Positions 52,079-61,273 of a stretch of DNA of 64,000 nucleotides are shown piece after piece. Position numbers and translations under genes: made by a program. The notes beneath the pieces are model-generated. The model was not told where the DNA came from. It did no database searches and saw nothing but the letters and a program-made list of their open reading frames with translations. Origin of the DNA: Ostreococcus lucimarinus (taxonomy: Eukaryota); assembly GCA_000092065.1 (NCBI GenBank), contig CP000583.1, one strand, 5' to 3'. Numbering within the stretch: position 1 is the stretch's first letter; each line of letters opens with the position of its first letter.

Positions 52079-52544
52079 CGCGTCGCCGTCTCGCGCGGCG
52101 TCGCGCGCGCGGTCGCGGTCGATCGACGCGTCGATCGCTCGATCGCGCGTCGAACCTCGCGTCGAGGTCGATCTCGCGTCGATCGAACCTCGCGCGTCGA
52201 TCGGCGTTCGCGCGCGATCGCGGGTCGCCGCGATCGCGCCGATCGCGCGTCGCCGATGGATAACGCGCGCGCGATCGCGACGCGCGTCCGCACTCCACGC
52301 ACACGGTGCGCGCGATCGGCGACGCGCGATGACGCGCGATGACGCCGATGACGCGCCGCGCGCGACGCGCGGGCGAGCGCGGGCCCGGGCGAGGGACGGG
52401 CGCGCCGCGCGACGCGATGGATGGGGCGATAACGCCGGCCGATGGATGGGACGGCGCGTCTCGAGACGGAGGACGGTGACGCGAACGAACGGTGACTGAC
52501 GAACGCGCGCGCGCGAACGCGATGATAGGTAAAGAACGCACACG

Positions 52545-53687
52545 ATGTCTGCCGCCACCTCCGCCTGCGCTCGCGCGATCGTCGCGACGAAGAAGACCAC
52601 CGCGGCGCGCCGCGCGGGCAAGTCGGCGACGCGGGCGACGCCGCGATCCGTCGCGGCGCGCGCGGGGGGCGCGGGCACGCCGTTCACGACGTGGATCTTG
52701 CAACAAGAGATGGAAGAAAAGATCGACGGCGAACTCGCGGTCGTGTTGTCGAGCATCGGCTTGGCGTGCAAGCAAATCGCGAGCTTGGTGCAACGCGCCG
52801 GGCTTCAAGGCATGACGGGTTTGGCGGGCGAGACGAACGTGCAAGGTGAAGACCAAAAGAAGCTCGACGTCATCTCCAACGATGTGTTCTGCGATGTCTT
52901 GCGTCAAACCGGCCGCACGGGCGTGATTGCGTCCGAGGAAGAAGACGTGCCGGTCGCCGTCGAAGAAACCTTCGGCGGTAACTACGTCGTCGTCTTCGAT
53001 CCGCTCGATGGCTCTTCCAACATCGACGCCGCCGTTTCCACGGGTTCCATCTGGGGCATCTACGAGTCCGACTCCACGTGCATCCCGGATTTTGGCACCG
53101 AAGATGCGGCCAAGATTGAAGAGAAGTGCGTCATGAACGTGTGCCAACCGGGGAACAACTTGTTGTGCGCGGGCTACTGCATGTACTCCTCTTCCACCAT
53201 CCTCGTCTTGACCCTCGGTGAGGGTGTGTACGGTTTCACCCTCGACCCGACCGTCGGCGAGTTCATCATGTCCCACGACAACATCAAGGTTCCGGAATCT
53301 GGTAAGATTTACTCCTTCAACGAAGGCAACTACGACATGTGGACTCCGGGCTTGAAGAAGTACATGGACTCCCTCAAGACTGGCGGCGCGGAACAAGGCA
53401 CCAAGCCGTACAGCGCCCGTTACATCGGTTCCCTCGTCGGTGACTTCCACAGAACCATCTTGTACGGAGGCATCTACGGCTACCCGGGCGACTCCAAGAA
53501 CCCGAACGGTAAGCTTCGCCTCTTGTACGAGTGCGCGCCGATGTCCTTCATCGCCGAACAAGCCGGCGGTATGGGTTCCACCGGTAAGGAGCGCGTCCTT
53601 GACGTTGTCCCGGAAAAGTTTCACCAACGTGTGCCGTTCTTCACCGGCTCCAAGAAGGAAGTGCAGTACTTGGAATCCTTCATGTAG
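52545..53687 (+). CDS. FBP: Fructose-1,6-bisphosphatase, chloroplast redox-regulated type with transit peptide
   Basis: FBPase core motifs throughout (…DPLDGSSNID…, GKLRLLYECAPMSFI…). It contains the Cys-bearing regulatory insertion (ESDSTCIPDFGTEDAAKIEEKCVMNVCQPG) characteristic of thioredoxin-regulated plastid FBPase. The ~60-aa S/A/R/T-rich N-terminus resembles a transit peptide. Confidence 0.9.
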   Translation: MSAATSACARAIVATKKTTAARRAGKSATRATPRSVAARAGGAGTPFTTWILQQEMEEKIDGELAVVLSSIGLACKQIASLVQRAGLQGMTGLAGETNVQGEDQKKLDVISNDVFCDVLRQTGRTGVIASEEEDVPVAVEETFGGNYVVVFDPLDGSSNIDAAVSTGSIWGIYESDSTCIPDFGTEDAAKIEEKCVMNVCQPGNNLLCAGYCMYSSSTILVLTLGEGVYGFTLDPTVGEFIMSHDNIKVPESGKIYSFNEGNYDMWTPGLKKYMDSLKTGGAEQGTKPYSARYIGSLVGDFHRTILYGGIYGYPGDSKNPNGKLRLLYECAPMSFIAEQAGGMGSTGKERVLDVVPEKFHQRVPFFTGSKKEVQYLESFM

Positions 53688-53852
53688 ACGCCGCATATTT
53701 TTCACAACCTAGACGGAGATTTGTTTGTTAATACGACGAATTTTTGATTCGACACCGCTCGCGAGACGACCGCGCGACTTAAATAATCATCAAGGTGATG
53801 GATATTGATAATTTTCTACAGCGAAAAAAATGACTGACGACAATAAATCACT

Positions 53853-54929
53853 TTACTGAGACTTGGCCACGCTCGTGGCGCGCTTGATGGCGCGCTTGAT
53901 GGCGTCTCTGTCGAGACGCGTGACGACGTGAATTTCTTGGACTTGGCGTCCCGCGCGCGCGAGCAGGTTGTAACCATCTTCAACAAACACATTCGTGAGC
54001 CAAAGCTCGAGGTCTTGGCTCACGACGCGTTGTTCCATCGCTTGGCGACCCGGGATGACGGCTTCGATGCCATCCTCCTTGAGCAGGGAGCTACAGATGT
54101 CCGGCAATCCCGGAAGCGGAATCTCGCTCAAATCGTCCTCATCGATCGATGGTTCCGGCATCGTCACCGGCATGATGGTTTCCAACGTCTCCATCAACGG
54201 ATCAGCTTGCGTTTGCTTGATGCTGAAGTTGATGCGACCGGTTTCGTCGTTCACCTCTAAAACCTTGACAAACTCGCGTTGTCCAACCTTGACCGCGTCT
54301 CTCGGGTGACTAATTCTATTCCACGAGATCTCAGAGATGTGCACCAATCCCTCCAACCCGCTCGCTTCGCCTTGACCGTCGCACACCTCCACGAACGCCC
54401 CAAAATCGCTCAACGAGGTGACGACGACCTCCTTGACGTCGCCCACGGGTAACTTTTCGCTCGCCCGTTCCTGCAACAACGCTCGCTCGCTCACCACGAT
54501 CCGCTTCGACGAGTGATCGACCAACTTCACGTCGATCAATTTCCCGATCTGCGCCTCGAGCATCTTCGTCTCGTCCGCCTCCTCGGCCCCCCCCCTGAAG
54601 TCGCCCCGCAGGCGACTCGATCGCATTTGGCTCTTCGGCAAAAACGCCCGAAAGCGTCCCTTGGTCACCCTGAGCACCACCCCGCCGCGATTCACCACCT
54701 CCACCTTCCCCGTGAGTCGCCCTCCGTCGCGTTCGATCGCCTCGATCGCCGCGCGCACGTCCTGTTCGCGCGCGTTCTTCGCGTCGCCGCCCGCCTCCGC
54801 GTTCGCCCTCGCCCGCGTCGTCCCTCGTCGCTTCGTCGCGCGCGCGCCTCGTCGCGCCCGCGTCGTCGTCGTCGTCGTCGTCGTCACCGTCGCCGCGCCG
54901 CGACGCGCCATCGTCGCCGTCGTCGCCAT
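53853..54929 (-). CDS. S1-domain RNA-binding protein (plastid ribosomal protein S1-like?), Thr/Arg-rich N-terminus
   Basis: At least two S1/OB motifs (…VGDVKEVVVTSLSDFGAFVEV…GLVHISEISWNRISHPRDAVKVGQREFVKVLEVN…). N-terminal TTTTTTTT/R-rich presequence-like region. Confidence 0.6.
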   Translation of the reverse strand: MATTATMARRGAATVTTTTTTTTRARRGARATKRRGTTRARANAEAGGDAKNAREQDVRAAIEAIERDGGRLTGKVEVVNRGGVVLRVTKGRFRAFLPKSQMRSSRLRGDFRGGAEEADETKMLEAQIGKLIDVKLVDHSSKRIVVSERALLQERASEKLPVGDVKEVVVTSLSDFGAFVEVCDGQGEASGLEGLVHISEISWNRISHPRDAVKVGQREFVKVLEVNDETGRINFSIKQTQADPLMETLETIMPVTMPEPSIDEDDLSEIPLPGLPDICSSLLKEDGIEAVIPGRQAMEQRVVSQDLELWLTNVFVEDGYNLLARAGRQVQEIHVVTRLDRDAIKRAIKRATSVAKSQ

Positions 54930-54990
54930 CGTCGTCGTCGTGTGCCGACGCGTGCGCGCCGGCGGATAGCGTCGACGTCACGCGCCGGGC

Positions 54991-55100
54991 GTCGCCAGAC
55001 GAGGGCGAACGTCGCGTTTCGCCACACGAGGGCGAACGTCGCGTTTCGCCGAACGAGGGCGAACGTCGCGTTTCGCCGAACGAGGGCGAACGTCGCGTCG
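54991..55100. repeat. Tandem repeat 4 x 27 bp (GCCGAACGAGGGCGAACGTCGCGTTTC)
   Basis: Seen directly in the divergent intergenic region between the S1-domain gene and the methyltransferase gene. Confidence 0.85.
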
Positions 55101-55188
55101 CCGCCCGACGGTTCTGGTCGTCGACGCGCGACGCGTCGGCGCTCGCGGATCGCGTCGACAGACGCCGACGACGGGGGAGCGCGCGACG

Positions 55189-56109
55189 ATGGGACGCGCG
55201 ACGGACGCGACGCGCGCGGTGACGCAGAGCGCGAACTCGATCGCGGCGCTGCGCGCGGTGGAGAGCGAACGGGCGGATGGATTGATGAAAGATCCGTGGG
55301 CGCGCGAACTCGCGGGCGCGCGCGCGATGGCGCGCGCGGACGCGCGGCGGCGCGAGGACGGGGATAAGGGGAGAATCGCGGTGCGCACGAAGTTTTTCGA
55401 CGATTTCGTGACGGCGGCGGCGGGGAAGATGGCGAGCGCGCGGGGGGAGACGACGCAGGTGGTGCTTCTGGGCGCGGGGTACGACACGCGGAGCTGGCGA
55501 TTGCGCGCGGCGAGCGAAGAGGCGCGAGAACGAACGAGCGTGTACGAGGTCGACGTCGAGGAGGTGTTGGCGCGAAAGCGCGAAGTCGTGAGCGACGCGC
55601 CGTTGACGCTCGGCGCGGAGCGACGCGAGGTGGCGAGCGATATCGCCAAAGACGATTGGGTCGCCGCGCTCAAAGCCGCGGGAATGTCCACGGAGTTGCC
55701 CACGGTGTGGGTTCTCGAAGGGTTGCTCTATTACCTGTCGCCGCGATGCGCCAAAAAGACGCTCGCGCTGTGTCATCGGTCGTGCGGGCCCGGGAGCGTC
55801 GTCGCCGTCTCCGTCGTCAACGCGCCGTCGCTCCGACGCGCGCGTCGCGAGCCGTTCAAGAGCAAGTTTCTTCGCGTTTTCGGTCGCGCCGCACCGAAGA
55901 CCGCGCGTCAGTGCTGGAAATCGTCCTGCGACGTGCCGCCCGAGGCGTACTTTGCGCCGTGGCGTCTCGACGCGTGCGCCCAACTCGGCGACGGCGCGCT
56001 CCATTACGGACGTTGGACCGGCGCGCCGCCGACGCCTTTCGCCACCGACAGAAAATCCTATCGTCGCGATCCCACTCCTAGGACGTTTTACGTCGCCGCG
56101 TCGAAATAG
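55189..56109 (+). CDS. SAM-dependent methyltransferase of the LCM/TcmP (leucine carboxyl methyltransferase-like, PF04072-type) family
   Basis: Motifs VVLLGAGYDTRSWRL, …VYEVDVEEVLARKREV…, VWVLEGLLYYL match the bacterial/mycobacterial O-methyltransferase family. Confidence 0.65.
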   Translation: MGRATDATRAVTQSANSIAALRAVESERADGLMKDPWARELAGARAMARADARRREDGDKGRIAVRTKFFDDFVTAAAGKMASARGETTQVVLLGAGYDTRSWRLRAASEEARERTSVYEVDVEEVLARKREVVSDAPLTLGAERREVASDIAKDDWVAALKAAGMSTELPTVWVLEGLLYYLSPRCAKKTLALCHRSCGPGSVVAVSVVNAPSLRRARREPFKSKFLRVFGRAAPKTARQCWKSSCDVPPEAYFAPWRLDACAQLGDGALHYGRWTGAPPTPFATDRKSYRRDPTPRTFYVAASK

Positions 56110-56506
56110 CGTGTAGCTTAGAATTTCCCGCGGTCGGCCGCGGCATATTCTCGGTCGGCCGCCCAACACTAAATCCATCTTCTTCGGCTTTTTCCCCGAA
56201 ATCCCGACGTAATACTTGACGATCGCCCGCGTCGCGAACCCATCGCCACCTTTCCGCGATACTTGGCGACAAGGCCACGTGGCAACGGCACGTGGCAACG
56301 GCACTCGCCGACGCGCCCGAACCCCGTGTTCGCGCACGGAATCGCTCGGAACGAAGATGGTGCGTAGAAAAACATCACTCGACGCGTCGCGCGCGGTTGA
56401 ACGCGCGTCGCGCGCGCGCGCGTCGCGATCGCGTCGCGATCGCGTTCGATCTCCCGGTTTTTCACACTGACGATGGATCGCGCGCGCACAGGCTGTCTCG
56501 CACCGC

Positions 56507-56704
56507 ATGATGGCGCACAAGTCGCGAAAGTTCCATGGGAACATCCACCGACGCGGTTTAGTGGATTCCGGCAGCGCGAAGAAGAAGGATTTCAGCGTCG
56601 GTCCGGTGATGCTGGGATTCTTCGTCTTCGTCGTCATCGGCTCGAGCATTTTGCAAGTGCTCAAGTCTGCGTCTTCGGGACCTCTCGCCTCGCAAGCGAT
56701 GTAA
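56507..56704 (+). CDS. SERP1: RAMP4/SERP1 (stress-associated ER protein 1), 65 aa
   Basis: Basic N-terminus followed by a single TM helix. SVGPVMLGFFVFVVIGSSILQVLKS aligns with RAMP4 [25 protein letters not shown]. Confidence 0.65.
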   Translation: MMAHKSRKFHGNIHRRGLVDSGSAKKKDFSVGPVMLGFFVFVVIGSSILQVLKSASSGPLASQAM

Positions 56705-56832
56705 ACTATTCCGCGCGAACGTTGAACGCAGATAGCCGCACTGAGTGATCATCATCGCGTTTAGACACGCCACCGTAGTTTTGTACATTAACAAACATCT
56801 CTGGTCACTCACCCGACCGACTCGGCCAAGTT

Positions 56833-58443
56833 TTAACCGCCGTTGGTGTCTCTAGTCACCGCTAATTCTACTCTAGTGCCTCGATCTTCGTGCTCGGACG
56901 AGGCGTGAATCTCGGCGTATCCCGAAAGGCCGGATTTCATCGCGCTCTGGATTTCCTTCAACGGCTTGCGCGCCGTCTCGGGAATGTAAAGATAGACAAA
57001 AGTCGTCGACGCAAAGCACACGATGGCGTACACGACGAACGTGCCGGCGCCGATGGTGGAGATCATCGACGGGAAGATTGAATCAGAGAGCGCGCCCGAC
57101 GCGAAAAGCGTCGCCGTGACGAGCGCGATGGCTGACGACTTCGCCCGCATGGAGAACAGCTCGGAGACGAGAACCCAAAACACGCTCGCGAACGACGAAG
57201 AGAACGCCAAGATGAACGCGCAGAGACCGAAAAGAGTCCATCCGACGCTTTTGGCGGCGTAGCCGAAACACGCAACGCACAGCCCGAACCCGGAAGCGGC
57301 TGAACCGAACAACAACAACGGTCGCCGGCCGACGGAATCAACCATGGCGATGGACGCCGCCACTCCAACCGTTTTGCAGAGAATGATGACGCCCGTGTAC
57401 ATGTTGTACACGTCCATATCGCCGTTCGACGCCGACGCATCGTTCGCCAATCTGCGAAACACGCTCGAGCCGTAATTGATCACGCTCGTCGACGCGCACA
57501 TTTGGTTGAGCACCGCCATCGCGAGCGCCAGTCGAACCGCTCGTCTCTCGTCTCCCGACATCGCCTCGCGGACGCCTCCGACCGTGCTTTCGACGAATGA
57601 ACGCCAGAATCCGGCATCGTCACCCGCGCCGCCGTCAAATCCGATCCCCAACGCGCGCTCCTCCGCTAAAATCTCCCCGATTTCTTCCTCGACCGTCGCC
57701 GCGTCCGCGCCCGTCGCGCGAAGCGCGTCCCTCGCCCCGTTTTCGTCCCCACGCCTGAAAAGCCACCTCGGACTCTCCACCGACATCGCGAACACGATCG
57801 CGCTCCAAAATCCGAGCACCGCGGGCGAGAAAAGCACCAATCCGAGCGTCTTCTGCGGCGAGAACCACGTCAACGCGTTCGCCAACGCCATCCCCGCGCA
57901 CACGCTCAACTCGAAGCACGCCCCCACGCTCCCTCGCGCGCCGACCTCGCTCGTCTCCCCGCAGTACGCCGGCGCAATCACCGCCACCCCTCCCACGCCG
58001 ACGCCCAGCGCGACGCGCCCGAGCGCCATCCCGGTCGCGTCGCCCGCCTCCGCGCTCGCCCACGTCGCCGCGCTTCCGCACGCCGAGCACGCCAGCGTCA
58101 TCGCCGACGCCGATCTCCCCCGTCCGTGGCTCCGCATCAGCGCCGCGCCGACGAACGCACCGAGCGCGCCGCCGAGCTTGGCGCTCGCGACGACGACGCC
58201 TCGCGCCGCGGCGCTCAGCGCCAGCGTCCTTTCGAGCGTCGGCAGGATCCCACCGACGAGCGCGACGTCGTACCCGAGCGACAGCCCGCCGAGCAGGGCG
58301 AACCGATACGCGTGCGCGTTTCCGCGTCGACCGGGCGCCATCGCGCGGGTTTCGCGTCGCGCGCCGCGGCGCGAAACGACGCGCGACCGTCGGAACGTCG
58401 ACGCATTCGATTGATGAATTCGATTGATGAATTCGATTAACAT
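56833..58443 (-). CDS. MFS transporter, sugar-porter-like
   Basis: 12-TM MFS organisation with the N-terminal LGGLSLGYDVALVGGILPTL motif, a cytoplasmic loop, and GRR/GRK-type motifs. Confidence 0.8.
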   Translation of the reverse strand: MLIEFINRIHQSNASTFRRSRVVSRRGARRETRAMAPGRRGNAHAYRFALLGGLSLGYDVALVGGILPTLERTLALSAAARGVVVASAKLGGALGAFVGAALMRSHGRGRSASAMTLACSACGSAATWASAEAGDATGMALGRVALGVGVGGVAVIAPAYCGETSEVGARGSVGACFELSVCAGMALANALTWFSPQKTLGLVLFSPAVLGFWSAIVFAMSVESPRWLFRRGDENGARDALRATGADAATVEEEIGEILAEERALGIGFDGGAGDDAGFWRSFVESTVGGVREAMSGDERRAVRLALAMAVLNQMCASTSVINYGSSVFRRLANDASASNGDMDVYNMYTGVIILCKTVGVAASIAMVDSVGRRPLLLFGSAASGFGLCVACFGYAAKSVGWTLFGLCAFILAFSSSFASVFWVLVSELFSMRAKSSAIALVTATLFASGALSDSIFPSMISTIGAGTFVVYAIVCFASTTFVYLYIPETARKPLKEIQSAMKSGLSGYAEIHASSEHEDRGTRVELAVTRDTNGG

Positions 58444-59031
58444 CCGACGCCGTCGCCGCGCGCGACGCGTGAACCGCGCTACGCCGCGCCTCCGCTGTCG
58501 ACCGCGTCCATCTCTCGTTGCGTCAGCGCGCGCCTGGCGCGGCGCAGCGCCTCGGGCACGCGATCGGCGTCGAGCGCGCGCGGCGGTCGTCGGCGCGGCG
58601 CCGGCGTCGTCGTCGACGCGTCCGAGCGCGCGAGCGCCAGGCGCGCGAGCTCGCGCGCGTGCGCGGCGGCGGGGAGCGTGCTGAGGACGACGCCGTCCTC
58701 GCGCACGCGCGGCGGGAAGCGCATGCGCAGGAGCGAGGCGGACGCGCGCAGGGCGCCGCGTCGAAGCATGCGCGACGGCGCGGCGCGGAGTGAGACCGCG
58801 ACGCGCGACGCCGACGACGCGAGCGCCATGGCGACGCGCGCGCGGACGACGGCGACGACGGCGACGCGCGCGACGACGCGAACGACGCGGACGGCGCGGA
58901 CGGCGCGGACGACGCGACGCGCGGGGACGATGGCGATGACGTCGTCTCGCGTGACGTTCGCGACGCGAAAGCCGCGCGAGACGACGCGCGCGCGCGATGG
59001 CGACGGCGCGATATCGCGCGGACGACGCGCG

Positions 59032-59940
59032 ATGACGCGCGCGCGGGCGCGCGGACGCGAGGACGAGACGCGAGACCCGAGATTGATCTCGCGAAGGGAC
59101 AAGGCGGCGAATCGAGAAAACGCGAAGACGTGGGTCGTCGTCGGGGGATTGGCGGTCGCGATGACGGCGGTGATCGCGCTGGTGTACGAAAATTCAACGG
59201 ATGGGTTCTTGTACGGGGTGGATTCGATCGAGTCGTACGCGGATTGGACCGGGGGGGGGGACGGGGAGTTTGACTTCGCGAGCGGGCGCGGCGCGGGCGG
59301 GGCGATGGATTTTTTGAGCGGGTCGGCGATTTTCGGCGCCGTGGTCTGGGCGTTGGGCTTATACTACGCGAGTCCGGTGTCGGTGGTGATGTTGTTTCTC
59401 GGGAGAACCGACAGCGAGCGGCCGAGCGATTGGTTACTGCGCAAAGCCACGGGGACGGCGCAGATGGAGGACGCGTCTTCGGCGAGCAAGGCGCTCATCG
59501 CGTGTTGGTTCTTGTTATCGGGCGTCGCCGTGTCGCAGCTCGGCGACGCCGCGTTCGGTGATGCGACGTGGCAAATTTCGAGCGGATTGGGGTTCGCCGT
59601 CATCGCCGGCGTGAGCGAACTCGGCAGACCGAAGCGCGTCGACGAGGCGACGATGGCGAAATTGGAGGCGCAGTACGCCGATTTCTGCGCCTTTGGAGAA
59701 AAGCGGCTGTCGCGCTCGGGGCGGTGTCATCAGAGCGAAATCTCAAAGGCGTTCCGAGCGGCCTATCCGCAGCACGCCGGCGAGGACGTGCTCGACGAGA
59801 TGGAGCTCCGCTCGCTCATAGCCAACTACTGGCCGGGCGCGGAGCGTTCGCCGAGAGGGTACTACAAAAATTTGTCGCTGCTCGATCGTGACGGCGCCCC
59901 GCTCACCGACCGCGTCTCCGTCAAGGATCTCGGATTGTAA
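59032..59940 (+). CDS. Hypothetical membrane protein (~300 aa)
   Basis: In-frame ATG at 59032 followed by TM helices and a soluble C-terminal half with ordinary amino-acid composition. The upstream part of the track ORF is R/T-rich artefact. Confidence 0.3.
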   Translation: MTRARARGREDETRDPRLISRRDKAANRENAKTWVVVGGLAVAMTAVIALVYENSTDGFLYGVDSIESYADWTGGGDGEFDFASGRGAGGAMDFLSGSAIFGAVVWALGLYYASPVSVVMLFLGRTDSERPSDWLLRKATGTAQMEDASSASKALIACWFLLSGVAVSQLGDAAFGDATWQISSGLGFAVIAGVSELGRPKRVDEATMAKLEAQYADFCAFGEKRLSRSGRCHQSEISKAFRAAYPQHAGEDVLDEMELRSLIANYWPGAERSPRGYYKNLSLLDRDGAPLTDRVSVKDLGL

Positions 59941-60074
59941 TATTTTATGCGCCGCGCGTTATCGTCGATCGCTCACTTTAGTCGCGGCGTCTTCGTCGCG
60001 TCTTCGTCGCTCATTCGTTCATCTTGTGACTGCTGCACCGCACCTCGCGTCGCGCGTCGCGCGGGACCGCCGCC

Positions 60075-61199
60075 ATGGCGCGGCGCAACCGAGCGTTGCG
60101 TCTCGCCCGCGGTCTCGCGGTGTGCGCGGCGCTCGTCGTCGTCGTGTGGGCGCTGCAGAGTGCGATGGGTTCTTTGAACATGGGTTCCGAAAACGCGCGT
60201 TCGGCGTCGATGCGCGGATCGTGGCCTCGCCGTGGACGCCCGAACGACGATTCGCATTCGTCGTCGTCGTCGACGAGCGCCTTCGCCGCGGGTCAGGCGT
60301 CGGTCGGGCCGCGCGTGTTCGAAGACGCGCACGCGGCGTGCGCGGCACCGAGCGTTCGAGCGGCGGCGCCGTCGGAACGCTCGAGAAAGGTGGCGGTGGA
60401 AAAGGCGAGAGACATAGCGAATGGAGGGTACGAAAAAGTGAGACAAGGCAGCGGAGACGTGCTGGTGCACGGGATGGTGACGGCGATGTTGTCGAATTAT
60501 CAGCACGACGACATGAGCTTGTTCGGCGCCGTCGGCGAGTTGGGAGTCCACCACGGTCGGTTCACGAGCTGCTTATTTATCACCGCAGACGCGAGCGAGG
60601 CGCTAGTGGCGGTGGATGTCTTTGAAAAGCAAAATTTGAACGTCGACGGCAGCGGTCATGGCAGTTATCATCGATTCATGCAAGCCATGTCGCACCTCGG
60701 GCTGCGATTCCGCGACTTTGCGCTTTTACACAAAGGATCGACGACAGATCTCGCGACGGATTGGCTTTCGAAGCACCACATCGATCCATTCCGCTTAGTA
60801 TCGGTCGATGCCGGACATACGGCGGAGTTAACGTTTCGAGACTTGGGCGCGGTGGCGTGTAATTTGGCGCCCGGCGGCGTCATCGTCGTGGACGATTTTT
60901 TCCACCCGCACTGGACCGGCGTGACCGAAGGCTTGTTCCAATACCTCACGCGTGGTGCTGTGCGTCTCTACCCCTTCCTCGTCTGCGCTGGGAAGGTTTA
61001 TCTCACGAACGACGCGTCGGCGCACGAGGCGTACGCGCGTCGTCTCCAATCCGACGCCGCCGTGGGCGAATTCTTCAAATCCGACAGCGCTGAGTTTCAC
61101 GGTTCGACGTACCACGAAATGGCGGGCGTTCACTTCCTCAACTGTCCCAACGTCGATCGCGCGCGCGTCACCGCGCGTTGGCTCGACGAGATACGTTAG
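60075..61199 (+). CDS. Class I SAM-dependent methyltransferase, TylF/macrocin-O-methyltransferase-like, with N-terminal signal-anchor (probable Golgi/secretory lumen)
   Basis: Signal-anchor LAVCAALVVVVWAL. The C-terminal region …DAGHTAELTFRDLGAVACNLAPGGVIVVDDFFHPHW resembles the Methyltransf_24/TylF core (…PGGxIIIDDY…). Confidence 0.55.
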   Translation: MARRNRALRLARGLAVCAALVVVVWALQSAMGSLNMGSENARSASMRGSWPRRGRPNDDSHSSSSSTSAFAAGQASVGPRVFEDAHAACAAPSVRAAAPSERSRKVAVEKARDIANGGYEKVRQGSGDVLVHGMVTAMLSNYQHDDMSLFGAVGELGVHHGRFTSCLFITADASEALVAVDVFEKQNLNVDGSGHGSYHRFMQAMSHLGLRFRDFALLHKGSTTDLATDWLSKHHIDPFRLVSVDAGHTAELTFRDLGAVACNLAPGGVIVVDDFFHPHWTGVTEGLFQYLTRGAVRLYPFLVCAGKVYLTNDASAHEAYARRLQSDAAVGEFFKSDSAEFHGSTYHEMAGVHFLNCPNVDRARVTARWLDEIR

Positions 61200-61273
61200 C
61201 GATCGTTTAGACGAATTGTAAGCCGCGCGCGCGGAAAAGCTCTGCTTCGTCCGCACTTCATCGCTCGTTCACG

